A stretch of 59,279 bases of DNA, the filler included, from Basidiobolus meristosporus CBS 931.73 (Eukaryota; Fungi; Basidiobolomycota), in NCBI GenBank assembly GCA_002104905.1. It is 4 parts of 4 records of this genome, joined end to end, with 100 filler letters (N's around TTAATTAATTAA, not from the genome) between each part and the next. Parts side by side here need not be neighbours in the genome. Positions count along the whole stretch, not along the records: positions 1 to 19,294 come from MCFE01001036.1; 3 more parts are not named here. The stretch is one strand, 5' to 3'. The notes beneath the pieces were generated by a model that was not told the origin of the DNA, searched no databases, and saw only the letters and a program-made list of their open reading frames with translations. This document shows positions 1 to 12,933 of the stretch, in pieces (within the stretch, counting starts at the first letter, position 1; the number at the start of each line of letters is the position of its first letter). Position numbers and translations under genes: made by a program.

Positions 1-1204
1 ACAAGTCAAGCCGTAGGTACTACTATATCCCAATCTCATCAAGAATATTATCTTCAAGTCTGTTATGGATGTGATGAGTTGGCACATTGATGACAGCCAG
101 AAAGAGTTGGAAAGTACTGAGGACAAATATGCACATGGAGACACCTATACCTATGGCATTAAGAAGCTAAGCAGCCCCAATACATGGGTAATCAGTTAAG
201 TAATGCAAAGTAAGGTTGGGAGCAACAAGCAACTAATTTTTATCAGGAAAACTCCACCAAGAAATGCCAGATTTCTTGTGGTCACAAGCCAACCTCTACA
301 TTGTTCATTATGGAATTCACGTAAATAAAAGCCAGAGCACACCTATAAGGGGGACTAGAATCCAGCAGGGAGTAGAAATATGTTGGCTAAATACAAAGAT
401 GTTCTTTGCAGATATTCAGGAGGTATTCATGGCAGAAGTGGCAACAACCAAGCATATATTTGCAAGACATTTATGTTACCAGCAGTACAAGGTATATGGC
501 AGCTCTGCAAGTTTCACACTAAAAAGCCATAAAGTTGAGGTGATAGAAGTATGTCAATTGCAGCAGGTGTGCGCATTTGTAGAGGTTAGTAAGCAGGAGG
601 CCATAGTTTTTTTTGATTCAAACTACATGTGGAATACCCAAGGTAGCAGTGGGTAAGCAAATAAAGAAAGGTGATTCCACAGTGAAATATATGAAGTGCA
701 CAAGGGGAGGTAGAAAAATGAAATACCATTTGGTAAATTGGTACAGTGGCATTATACAGAACCAGCAGTAGGCCGTCATACTGCCAATATAATGCCATCA
801 GAGTCTTGCTGTGAGGCCCTCAAAATACCATCAAGTTTCTTGCCATATAAGGCAATTGGATGTCCTGGCCAACTGGATCCACTTAAAATAGTAATAGAGT
901 GCTGAAAGACTGCAACAATACCATGCAAACATTGTCACAGCACCAATGAAATATTGTCAAGTTTTTTTCCTTTATTTGGCTGTAAAATTTGCAAAAAACT
1001 GTCATGATCTTGTCATAAGAATGTTAGGAGGGTTGCTAATTCCAAGCTGCTGTTACTATGATGGTCTCTAAATGGAATCTTGACGGCTGACCTGGATTGA
1101 ATTCACCCATGGGACCAAATTACTTTTCATAGGGTACATTAGCATGATCTTGGCAAAGAAAGCATTAAAAACACAGTTACAAAGGCCTTACATACATGTG
1201 TGGA

Positions 1205-1907
1205 TGTTGTAAGAATTTGTAATTCTGCCTAAATATTCACCCAGCTTAGACACTTGGATCCTTACCTTCAAATCCTAGAAAATACTGACCAAAATCCTTG
1301 TTGGGATTCACTTGGAATATTGTCATCAGAATATCTGGTGCCCCAAACATGAGAATTCTCAAGGCTGTCATAACAGCCCCAAACCTTGCACACATGTTCT
1401 TGGGACCTTCTTATACATATTCTATGCATTTATTATGCCAAGTGTTGTAAGAGTCTTGGAGAAATTGGAAGTGATTGGGAGGACAAGTAGATTATGTGGT
1501 TTTCACTTAATGATTCATTGAATGTAAAAGTAGTATTTATACTTTTACCTGGTCTTGGCATTACAAACGCATAGAATAGGTTAAGAAAGGTCCCAAGAAC
1601 ATGTGTGCAAAGTTTGGGGCTCTTTGGACAACTTTGAGAATTTTCATGTTCTGGGTACCTGGTATTTTGGTGATAATATTCCAAGTAAATTCCGACAAGG
1701 AATTTGGTCAGTATTCTCTAGGATTTGAAGGTGATGATCTAAGTGACTAAGTTAGATGAATATTTAGGTGGAAATACAAATTTTTACAACACCAAGACCA
1801 TGTAAAAATATAAATACTACTTTTACATTCAATAAATTGTTAAGTGAAGACCACAAAATCTACTTGTTCTCCCAATCACTTCCAATATCTCCAAGACTCT
1901 TTCAACA
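1205..1907 (+). mobile_element. Ty1/copia solo LTR (348-bp family), split by a second LTR inserted at 1443
   Basis: Starts TGTTGTAAG at 1205 and ends CAACA at 1907. Colinear with the LTR at 28650-28997 that precedes the copia PBS/gag. Flanks GTGGA/ATGGA form a 5-bp TSD with one mismatch. Confidence 0.85.
1443..1791 (-). mobile_element. Ty1/copia solo LTR nested in opposite orientation inside another LTR
   Basis: 349 bp with TGTTGTAA...TTACAACA termini and a perfect 5-bp TSD CCAAG (1438-1442 and 1792-1796). Confidence 0.92.
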
Positions 1908-2339
1908 ATGGATAGCTTGGGACTTTTTGGATAACATCTTAAAGTCTCATCTTCAGGATACCTGATATTTGCTGAAATATTCCAAGCAAGTAACAGCAAG
2001 AAAGTTGGCCAGATCTGTGTAAGATACGTAAACAAAGATATGAGTGACTAAGTTGGGGGAACATCTAGCTGCAATAACAAAAGTTGCAATATTAAGTACA
2101 TAGGCTATAGTCAAAGTTTCTAAGCAAGTAGGGTATATTAGTGTATATAAAAGTTCCAGAACAGGGCCTGTCTAAGCACATTAACCTTTTGCCAGTATTA
2201 TGGGATAAATGAGTACTGTGGCAATACTGTGAGGAGTTTAGGAAGCAATGTGGAGAAATGGAGGAAATACATGTTATTCACTTGTAGATTTATTGATCAA
2301 AAGTACAGTAATTGTGCTGTTGCCAAAGTAAGAAAAACA

Positions 2340-2560
2340 AATGTATAGAGTTTGTTACAAAAGGTTTCAAGATTATGTGTGCAAAGTTCAGGGTCTTCTG
2401 GACAACTTTGAGAAAGGTCATAATCTGGGTACCTGATAATTTGGTGAAAGATATTGCAAGTTAATCTCAACAAGAAATTTGGTCAGGAAAGAACAATAAT
2501 CACAGAATAAGATCTATATGACTAGGCTAGCATTAATATTTAAGTGATCACTTAGTAATT
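2340..2560 (-). repeat. Degenerate copia LTR relic (boundaries approximate)
   Basis: Recognisable LTR blocks: ATGTGTGCAAAGTT, GGACAACTTTGAGAA, CTGGGTACCTGATA, GAAATTTGGTCAG. Confidence 0.5.
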
Positions 2561-2581
2561 ACAGCAAGTACTACCTTTGCA

Positions 2582-2929
2582 CGTTGTAAGTGTATTGGAG
2601 ATATTGGAAGTGATTGGGAGAACAAGTAGATTATGTGGTTTTCACTTCATGATTTACTGAATGTAAAAGCGGTATTGATACTTTTTTATGGTCTTGGCAA
2701 AATAAGCACGTAGCACACGTTTAGGAAGGTCCCAAGAGCACCTGCGCAAAGTGTGGGACTGTTTGGACAACTTCGAGATATTTCATGTTTGGGGCACTTG
2801 ATGTTCTGGTGAGAATAGTGCAAATACATCCCGACTAGGAATTTGGCCAACATTCTCCAAGAGTTGTAGACTATGATCAAAGTGACTAAGCTAGGTGAAT
2901 ATTTAGGTGTAATTACGAAGATTACAACA
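2582..2929 (-). mobile_element. Ty1/copia solo LTR
   Basis: 348 bp, same family, with a perfect TSD TTGCA at 2577-2581 and 2930-2934. Confidence 0.9.
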
Positions 2930-3653
2930 TTGCATTCATATCATTAGACAAAACCGGCAAGTTCTCCTGGTCCTTCCGGTCACTGCTAGTGTTCTTAAAC
3001 CTCCATCACATACTTGGTGCATACAAGTCTTGAAGCGATTGTAGAGGGGTAAATAGGGCTATCGCATACGATCAATAATTGGATGAGATCCAAAAAATTG
3101 ATTAGTTCTCCAGATCACTTCTAAAGTCTCCAGAATTCTTGCAGTAGACACAGAAGACTGCTTTCAAATAAGCCAAAACTCGGATCACTTTTAACATTGC
3201 AATTTGTTATTCACCAGGCCATGTTCCTGAGCACCACTGGGTATTGATTCCTTTGGCTGGGGTTAACATAGATAGATGTGGAATCATTTGAAACAGATTA
3301 GCTCGGAAAGTCCAGATCGAAACATCCACCAAATCCCAAATAACATGGATTTCACGATAGTGTTATCAAATGCCCAACAGAGTATCTGACACACCAAATC
3401 TAACAATCTACATCGTGTCAATTTCAGAGTCAAGGATGGGTCATTCCTGACATTCACCAACATTCGTTCAGCCATACATTGCCGAGCACGTACCAGAGCT
3501 ATTCTGATGTATTTACCCACTGGAGCATGGATACCCAACCGTCAATATTCTCTGTATTGGGCATAAAGTCTTGATTAATTCACGCGTTCAATAAAAATCT
3601 ACCAGTCGTGGCCCTCGTAGGGCAATTTGATGAATTGGTCTTATCCGGTAATA

Positions 3654-3921
3654 TCGGAAGTGTACCCGAAGCGTCCGCAGCGATTCTCACAAAGGTCTCT
3701 CTCACAGGCTAATGGATCCATACTATTGGACAGAATTCCTTGGCTACCAAACAGTTCTGCAAAGCCAGATTTATGGAGATACATCAAACCGCAACACTAA
3801 CCTGACTTGGCCGTGATTTTAATGCAGAATCTCAATTAATTCATGCTCAACCTAAATCTGCCTGTCCTGGCCCTCGCGTTGGAATATTTGAGTGGTTCGG
3901 CATTGTCGGAAGTGAATCCGA
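3654..3921. promoter_or_regulatory. Two TCGG-N8-CCGA inverted-triplet motifs upstream of the ABC transporter (3654-3669, 3906-3921)
   Basis: TCGGAAGTGTACCCGAAGC and TCGGAAGTGAATCCGAAGC, each preceded by TGGCCCTCG about 45 nt upstream. CGG-Nx-CCG is the canonical Zn2Cys6 site geometry. Confidence 0.4.
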
Positions 3922-4097
3922 AGCATGGCAATTGTTGAGTTCTGGATACTTTAATGCTCATGTGTTGTAGCATAAGTCCACTTCCAACCGGCCGGCTCCC
4001 AATGATTCGTGAAGCGATGTCGTTACTTCACAACTCTATATAACCACTGGCCCGGTATGATGACCTTGTTGAAAATTCTTTGAGCCTACTTGTTCAC

Positions 4098-7000
4098 ATG
4101 GACCTAAATCAAGGACCTGACTTGATAAAAGAGGGGCAAACCAAGGGCCGCCGCCCTTGCTTCGGTGAATCGGATGACGAAGATACTGCCAGAACAGCCG
4201 TCGACCCTTCGGATGATGATATCAATGTCAAGCGCAACACAGAGATGTTCCATGACCTAGAGCGGCGAATCTCTAGAATCTCATCGAAGCATTCGCAAGA
4301 GGCTTCTCGGCAACTCTCCAGACGCTCGACAAGACCAATCGACCCCGAAAAAGGTGCCCCACAGGGTGACGACTTCGACTTCAAAGACTATTTGGAGTCA
4401 GGTGTCCGTGCTGCTGATGCGAATGGTGTGCGCCGCCAGCACATGGGGATCACCTTTAGGAATCTCACCATTGTTGGTGAAGGCAGCGACGCCTCAGTTA
4501 TCTTGACCCTTCTTTCCCCTATACGCGCCGTTGGTAAAATGCTCAACCCCATGAGATGGTAAGTGTTTTTTTGGGGAATCCTTGCAATTCGGCCAGCAGC
4601 AGTGACACTTGTCTTCAACTTAGGTTCGGCAAAATTAGCAAGGTGACCCAATTCGATATTATCCATAACGTCACAGGATATTGTCCCGAAGGCGAGATGC
4701 TTCTGGTGTTAGGTAGGCCTGGCGCTGGTTGTTCCAGTCTGTTGCGTGTTCTTGCAAATTCGCGACAAGGGTTCCTGGATGTGGTTGGTGAAGTCAATTA
4801 TGGCGGCATTCCTGCGGAGAGATTCGGCAAATATCTTGGTGAGGCGATCTACTGTATGGAGGAGGACGCCCATTACCCTGAACTCACTGTAAAAGAGACG
4901 CTCGGGTTCGCTCTGAAGATGAAAACGCCGGCTCGCCGTGTACCAGGTATGAGCTCCAAAGAGTTCCAAGCCGACTTCATGAGCACTTTGCTTAAGATCT
5001 TTGGATTGAAGAAACAAGAGAACACGGTTGGTAGAGAGCTTGGGCTCACTATAGCACTTGAATCACATTGATTTCTAACTATTCTATTATCTAGCTTGTG
5101 GGCAATGCATGGGTGAGAGGCCTTTCTGGTGGCGAGCGGAAACGTATGACCATTTCTGAAGCGATGACCGCACGTAGCGCAATCACCACCTGGGATTGCC
5201 CAACAAGAGGCCTTGACGCAGCCAGTGCGCTGGACTATAACAAATCTCTTCGTATCCAATGCAACACGCTCAACAAAACCACCATTGCGACCCTCTACCA
5301 GGCCTCGGACAGCATCTACGACCTCTACGATAAAGTGATGTTGCTGTATCTCGGTCGGTGTATTTTCTTCGGTCCTAAAGAACGCGCCAAGAGCTATTTC
5401 ATGGAGATGGGATACAGTTGTGAGCCCAGGAAGAGTGTCCCCGACTTCTTGACCGGTATCACCAACCCTAACGAGCGTGTCGTTACCCCAGGATATGAAG
5501 GAAAAGTCCCGCGAAGCCCTGAGGAATTCGAGAAATATTTCCAACAATCCGAAGATTACAAAATCCTGCTTCAGAACATGGCTGACTACGAAGCCAAAAT
5601 CGAACGGGAACAGCCGGCCGCCGAATTCAAGGCCTATGTTCAGGAAATCAAACAAAAGGGAGTCTCGCCAAATAGCGTTTACTCAGCCAACTTCTACCAA
5701 CAAGTTGTCGCCCTTACCACTCGTCAGCTCCAAATTTTATGGGGTGACAAGCATGCCTTGTACGAGCGGTACTTTTCCGTCCTCATCCAAGCCCTTGTCT
5801 ATGGTTCCGTATTCTACATGATGGGCCTGAACTCTACAGGCGCTTTCCAAAGAGGTGGTGCTCTCTTGAGTTCTCTCCTTTTCAACGCCTTCTTGTCCCA
5901 AGCCGAATTGCCAAACGTTCTTGCCGGTCGCATGACTCTGCAGAAGCACAAGTCGTATGCCATGTACCATCCATCAGCATTTCATATCGCCCGGGTGGTT
6001 ACCGACATCCCTATCGTGTTCGTTCAATGTTTGATGTACTCGATTATTGCATATTTCATGTTTGGTCTGGACCTCGATGCCGGGAAGTTCTTTATTTTCC
6101 TACTGGTCAACATCCTAACAACCCTGGCTACGACGGATCTCTTCAGACTACTAGGAAATTGCAGCCCATCCATCTTTGTCGCATTCCAGCTTACCGGTAT
6201 CTGCTTGATTACTCTAATCACGTATTGTGGTTTCTCCATTCCGTATAGGAAGATGCATCCCTGGCTCTACTGGCTTTACTGGATCGATCCATACGCATAT
6301 GCCTTCAAAGCGTTGTTCGTGAACGAAATGCGTGGCCTTCAATTCCCCTGTATTGCTCCTGTTGGTTTGGCTCCTAGTGGGCCCAGCTATAACGACCCCG
6401 CCCATCAAGTATGCGTTTTAGCTGGAGCCAAGCCGGGACAGTTGTCCGTTACTGGTGGCGACTATCTTTATGCAACCTATGGATACAAGACTTCTCAGTT
6501 GGCGATTGATATCATCGCTGTGCTACTCTTCTGGCTCTTTTTCGTTGGATGTAATATGCTTGCCATGGAGAAGATTCACTGGGTGACTGGCGGTTTCGTC
6601 AAAAAGGTCTTCAAGCGAGGAAAGGCACCTAGCCATTCTGATGAGGAGGAGTTGAAGAGAGTGCGCGAAGCCCAGGAGGCGTATGACAGCATGGGTGATC
6701 ATTTCGCTGCTGAAGCTGGCATATTCACATGGGACAACGTTAACTACACCGTACCTACCAAAGGTGGCAGTCTTCAGCTCCTAAATCAGTGTGAAGGCTG
6801 GATCAAACCAGGCCAGATGACGGCTTTGATGGGATCTTCTGGGGCCGGCAAGACCACCCTGTTGGATGTTCTAGCTAAGAGAAAGACCATTGGCGTTGTA
6901 GAGGGTGATATTTTCTTGAACGGTAATCCCTTACAAGTGGACTTCGAACGTATTACTGGATATGTGGAACAGATGGACGTCCACAACCCTTTCGTAAGTG

Positions 7001-8664
7001 ATGGCTTTTATTTTGCGACACAAGCGAGTATTAATCAGCCTCTATTCCTACAGTTAACCGTACGTGAAGCGCTGCAGTTTTCAGCCAAGATGCGCCAACC
7101 TATGGATGTTCCCTTGGAAGAGAAGTACGAGTATGTCGAAACAGTTTTGAAGATGATGGAGATGCAGCATTTAGGCGACGCTCTGATTGGTATGCTTGAG
7201 GCAGGGCAGGGCATTTCAGTTGAAGAACGTAAGCGCTTAACCATCGGCATGGAGCTGGTCGCCAAACCAACCATTCTGTTCTTGGACGAGCCTACCTCCG
7301 GTCTGGACTCCCAATCCTCCTACAACATTATCAAGTTTATCCGTAAGCTTGCTGACTCAGGAATGGCCCTTGTGTGTACTATTCACCAGCCATCGTCCAT
7401 CCTCTTCGAGCATTTCGATCGGCTCCTGCTACTTGCCCGCGGTGGCAAGGTTGCGTATTTCGGAGATATTGGCGAAAATTCTGCTGTTATGAATGAATAC
7501 TTCGAACGCAACGGGGCACGTCGTTGCGAGCAATCAGAAAACCCTGCTGAATACATCCTAGAGGTGATCGGTGCCGGAATCACCGGTAAAGCTCTGAAGG
7601 AGTGGACTGAAGTGTGGAAGAGCAGTCCAGAAGCTCAAGAGGTCAAGAACGAGCTTCGGAGACTGAATGCGAACGCTTCCTCCAACGTCAAGGATCCCAA
7701 TGCGCGTGAGTTCGCAACAAATCTCCCCTACCAAATTTGGGAAGTGTACAAGCGTATCAACCTTGTCTGGTGGAGAGATCCATACTTTAACAACGGGCGA
7801 ATCGGCCAGGCATTCTTCATTGGCATTCTCAACGGCTTCACCTTCTGGAAGTTGTCCCCCACACCCAGTGATTTGCAACTGCGCACCTTGATCGTTTTCC
7901 AAATCCTGATTCTGGGTTTGACACTGATTTTCTCCATCCAGCCGCAGTTTATGGCCCAGCGGGATTTCTTCCGACGTGACTATGCCTCCAAGTACTACGG
8001 ATTCTTCGCATTTGCATTTGCCATGATTCTTGTGGAAGTTCCCTACATGTGTGTAGCCGGTGCATTTGGATTCTTGCCCCTATACTGGACGGCTGGTATC
8101 CAAACAACGGCGTTGGATGGGTTCTACCTCTATATTCTATTGATTATCTTCCTTCTCTTCTCGATCTCATTTGGTTTGGCCATTGCAGCAATGCTACAGA
8201 CCATGGCACAAGCATCCATTGTCACCCCAATTCCCAACACCTTCTTGTTCCTCTTCGCCGGTCTGCTCTCCCCACCGGCAGCCATGGTCTACTTCTGGAG
8301 AGTGTGGATGTACCCACTGGACCCTTACCATTATTTCCTGGAAGGGTTTATAGCCACCATCTTCAACAACATGAAGGTCAACTGCATACCACAGGATTAC
8401 GTGAGATATACTCCACCGGTCGGCCAAACATGCGGCTCATACAGTGCCGCTTGGTTGAATACCACGACGGGGTACTTGCGCAATCCATTGGCTACTGATG
8501 TTTGCGAGTACTGCCAATATTCCAGTGGAAGTGAGTTCCTGCTGAACTTTGAGTGGACCATCAGTCATCGATGGAGAAACTTCGGGATTCTTTGGGGCTA
8601 TTTCGTATTCAATGTTCTGGTGTTCATTCTGTTTGTATGGATCAATAGGAAGCCGAAGCGTTGA
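4098..8664 (+). CDS. Full-size PDR-type ABCG transporter (NBD-TMD-NBD-TMD); exons ~4098-4558, 4624-5026, 5095-6993, 7054-8664
   Basis: NBD1: GRPGAGCSS, LSGGERKR, WDCPTRGLD. NBD2: GSSGAGKTT, GYVEQMD, SVEERKRL, FLDEPTSGLD, CTIHQPS. Two TMD blocks. GT-AG introns restore the frame. Confidence 0.96.
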
Positions 8665-10918
8665 TACTGCTCTTATCTCCTACACATCTGATCAATATTC
8701 ATTTTATATGCGCATACAGCGAGATTTAACTTCTATCAAATACCCTATATATATATATACCATGGAAAGGACCATTTACACTATCGGATTAGACTTGAAT
8801 AATCAAGTGCCGTGCATCCAACCGCTATTGTACGGAAAGCCTAGCTGTTGCACTTGCCTGATCAAACAGCACATTATAACTCCTCATGCAAACAGGTGGA
8901 ATAAATTTTTCTAATCGAACCAGCCATCAAGTTGAGGAACTGACTCAGATACATATTGAAGGTATTGCCAAAAACACCAATCTTGAGGTCCGCAAGCCTC
9001 TTTGCACTCTAGTGCAGGTTCTTCGATGCTAACTCACTTGCGTGCTGAATATAGATCAATGAAAGCTTTTGAAGATCTAAATATTGTATTTGAAGTCAAT
9101 ATAACAAGTGGGCATCATGCTAGTCTCTTAATCTCCAAACCACTTCCAGAACTCACTGACGTCTTGCAACACAATCCATATATACTTCACCTAAGGATCC
9201 AAGCGACTCAGAAGGAGGCTTACATCAGATTTTCACAGGTAATTTACTTCGATTGAAACTTGACCATTTGATGTTTCCCCACAAATAGCAGACTATTGGG
9301 TTTACTCCATTGGTACTTTGGTTTCCGAATAATACCTATAATTCCTACAGTGCCTCTCATACACCAGCGACTAAGGTATTGCAGTATAGCGTATCCAGAA
9401 GGGCACAACTAAATTTCTAAATTTTGACTTTTAAGGGTTAATGTAGTTCGTAATTGTACGAAGTCACATCACTCGCCTACAAGAGGTGCAACATCGATTT
9501 ACTGATAATCATTGGCCTCAGTAGTAGAAATTACTGGCCTCCACCACAAACAAGCTCGAGATAACTCCAATTTTTGGCATATCAGTACATAACAAAAACG
9601 ACCACCAGGGCTGATTGATAAGCTAATTCAACCGACAAGCCCCTTTTCAATTCATGTAATCAACTAAATTGGTTACAAAAGATATAATGGAGCATATGGC
9701 ACGAAGTAAGATTACCGCGACGTGCTAAATGTTTTTTGGCACATATCAAGTTTGCACACTAAGCCCAGGATGAACACGTTGAGCTGGCCTCAGTAGAATA
9801 AACTTGAAAGTGGCGAGTCGATGGCTTCCACTCTGATGATCGACCCCAATGCATAGCTGAAATACCCGGGTGTTGCAGATATCTAGCATACGGCCATTGG
9901 CATCAATAGACGGCAAACTGTAGATTGAGTCAATTTATCTTGGTGCAACGTAAAGTGCTCAGCATTGTAGACAATCTATTCAACCCAAATGATCTCCATT
10001 CAGGTAAGCTATAGATGTTGTATGATTATCCTTTTTGAATCTCCACACACTCTTTGAGGGCATGACTAGGGCCAGGTAACGAATGAAGTCATACATCATG
10101 AAATGAATATTAGTATTAGAGGCTCCACTTGATCGTAAGATGCCATTGGCTCTTGGATGCATCACAACTGGATCAAGTGTGATATTGGGTCACAGGCCCT
10201 CAGTACTCTTGATTAGGCAGAGTTCGGATCAACTATTACGATCTAGCCTATCATGAATTGATTACTTGGATTATTCTTCCCGGGAAAAATATTTAATCGC
10301 CCCTGGTATATTCAGAGTTGATCCATGAGGGCAGAACCCACCCGGCAGCAACACAGCTCTCTGACCGGAGAGTTTGTAGTGCATCACTCTTGCTTGCTTC
10401 CAAAACCTGGAAATAGATCTCCTGCTGAAGTCGATGCGCTCACCAGGGACAGTTCATATTCCTCCCTTGCTTTCGACACTACTAGCCATTTCCTGAAATG
10501 TTAATCTAGCCGTATACTTGGAGTGCTCCGTAAGGAAATATTTCGTTGGAAATAGATCTGCACGGAGACAGCCATGGAAGCCGGAAACTACTAGGGTGGG
10601 TTGAAAACAGGACAGAGAACAGCCAATCATAAGGGCTTTCAAACGCGATTGGGCTATGTCTACTACTAGATTTGTAGCTTCGCATAATTTCCTATATCCG
10701 CTAGACCATATATGCTAGATACCCCGGCCCTCAGATTGTAAGCAAGGTAACAAGCATTGAAAAGCCGATGGGGAAGAGTGGGCATATCGCAGTGTGAGGT
10801 ACCAGCGTTCCGTATATAGTAGATATCCCTCGAAGGTCATCAGCTTGATATTTACCAGGATAGGTAGAGCGCTTGGATATAAATCACTTGGAATGTCTCT
10901 TGTTCCACTGTCACAAAC

Positions 10919-12151
10919 ATGCGGTTTTTCGTACTCTTGTTGTGGCTTTATTCGGTGGTGGCCGTTGATGTCAACCTAAGCTTTGAAGATTACGATGGAG
11001 CCATCGACATCAGGTCCATCTATTCCAGCCTGGAAGTCCCCGTAGGGTATGACCCTGATCACACCTACTGGTGCGTTGCTGCTTGGTGGGGAGGATACTT
11101 TGGCATTCAGCAAATCAACGGGTCGGTCAATTACATCACCTCAGTTTGGAACCAGGGCTCGAAGTCTGCCAGAGTTGATCTTGGGCTTCCCAGAGGCTTG
11201 CCTGCTGATTGCGAAGATGAGAATTATTGTATAGAAGGAGCGGTTGCCCATGACCTCGTGTACTCGGAGCCCTGGCAAACTGGGGTCAGGTATGAGTTCA
11301 TGGTTGATTGCGAAGTCGACGGAGAAAACGAGATTGTGTCAAGTTATATCCTCAAGAATGGCGCTTGGTTGTTGATTTCTCAATTTATACTCCCCGGCTT
11401 CAAGTATTCTCTCGGCAATTATGTCTACCAATTTCTGGAGAACCCGTGTTTTAATGGGTATGACTGGGAGATTAGAGCAGAAACAGCTCGCCATCAAAAG
11501 AGAGGACTCTACTACAACCAGCAAATTAGGCTAGTGGGTGCTGACCGGTGGCATCGGTGCTACCAGATTTATCCGGGGGGGAATCAACCGGGCGATAAAC
11601 CTCATGATGAATTCTATGAAGCCCTTCCCATGCCCGAAAACAATGGTGTTCAGCTTATTCTGGATGGAGGCAAGCCTGGAACTGAAATCCCTCATTCGTA
11701 TTCTCCACTGAATCTGAATACTTCGAACATGGAGCCACCAGTTCCTTTAAGATATGTCCCAAAGGGTAAGCATACCATGACTGTGGCCGAGACATACCTC
11801 ACCTATGTAGTAATCACCGAGTCGCCGGTAACGACAACCACCACGCACCAGAATTGGATTACCAACACGAATACCGCGAGAGAGGTCACCTCGACGAAGA
11901 CAGCACTCGTAACTACCACCAACACTGTCAAGGTCGATACTACCGAGACTCAGATGTACACCCTCACTCCAACTAGTGTTGTGACAGAGCTAAGCCGGGA
12001 GACTCAGGTAGTGACCGAGATACATACCGCAGTTATATCTGTTAAGCCACGCACCATTACGGATTTTAAGGTGGATGCGAGTACAGTCACCATATATGAG
12101 ACCGAGGAGTCCACTGTGTACGCTCCGGCAGTTACAATTTTCAAAGATTAG
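10919..12151 (+). CDS. Secreted protein with DUF3472-like domain and Thr/Val-rich C-terminal stalk (410 aa, intronless)
   Basis: Hydrophobic N-terminal signal (MRFFVLLLWLYSVVA). Motifs GGYFGIQ, TSVW, WQTGVRYEF, WLLISQF, QFLEN and YYNQ occur in the order I recall for bacterial DUF3472 proteins. Residues ~290-410 are Thr-rich. Confidence 0.65.
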   Translation: MRFFVLLLWLYSVVAVDVNLSFEDYDGAIDIRSIYSSLEVPVGYDPDHTYWCVAAWWGGYFGIQQINGSVNYITSVWNQGSKSARVDLGLPRGLPADCEDENYCIEGAVAHDLVYSEPWQTGVRYEFMVDCEVDGENEIVSSYILKNGAWLLISQFILPGFKYSLGNYVYQFLENPCFNGYDWEIRAETARHQKRGLYYNQQIRLVGADRWHRCYQIYPGGNQPGDKPHDEFYEALPMPENNGVQLILDGGKPGTEIPHSYSPLNLNTSNMEPPVPLRYVPKGKHTMTVAETYLTYVVITESPVTTTTTHQNWITNTNTAREVTSTKTALVTTTNTVKVDTTETQMYTLTPTSVVTELSRETQVVTEIHTAVISVKPRTITDFKVDASTVTIYETEESTVYAPAVTIFKD

Positions 12152-12933
12152 TAAATACGTCACTGTGGTGTAACATGGTACTTTGCCTAAATACTCTCTG
12201 GAAGTAAGAGAACGATGAAAATATTATATTACTTTCACAACACGTCAACCATGAAAGCCATGTACCGATTTGTTGGTAACTTCAGAGTTGGTGATGTTGG
12301 ATTTCCCCAATATGGGAACCTATCCCGTATTCGGCCACACGTGCTAGCTGTTCCCAGATCAGTATTTGAAAATCAGACATGGTAAAAATGACGGAACACC
12401 TGGATATACACTGTTGGCTATTTCGGATGTGATTAGCCTTTTTTGTTACTTTTACTTTTAGATAGATTAATATTAGGTGTTGGTTGCTCACCCATTACCA
12501 GGCCTTGATATACATTCGGTACAGCACTGCTGATTTTAATGCCCAGTGAACTGGTTACTCATATTTATCGCAATAAGCCTTTTGTACAAAATGTCTAAGC
12601 ATGTTAATGATCGGGGTGCTGGAATCCTGACCCCCAGTCATTGAAATCCTGGTAATTTTGAGTGCTTTAACTGGTTAGCAGTTGCTAAATACCTCATATT
12701 GCCCAATCTGCCTAATCTACAAGCATGGAAGTGTGCAGCCGTCACATTGTACAGGTCTGATGGTCAATCTGCAGAATAAAAACATATACACATCAGTGGC
12801 TCTTGGAGAACAGCATATTTGCTTATCAGCGTACTTGAACTGGCTATTTCAATGCTTTAATGTTTGGAATCGGTCTACATGTGGTAATCCTGTCAAATCT
12901 AAATGCAGGGGCCAGCTTCTTTTGTCTAAATTA

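Larger units (their letters stand above)
1150..2100 (-). repeat. Older degenerate copy of the same LTR family, target of the 1205 insertion (boundaries approximate)
   Basis: Joining the flanks of the 1205-1907 LTR gives ACATGTGTGGATAGCTTGGGACTTTTTGGATAAC, similar to the minus-strand LTR consensus ACATGTGTGCAAAGTTTGGGGCTCTTTGGACAAC. Confidence 0.5.

Noticed and set aside
1-940. ORFs 264-656 (+) and 586-798 (-)
   Set aside because: No recognisable motif. CpG-poor composition suggests decayed repeat sequence, but the family cannot be assigned.
1312-2880. Short ORFs inside LTR copies (also 13094-13474, 26160-26372)
   Set aside because: Chance frames within the non-coding LTR; they are not conserved in frame between copies.
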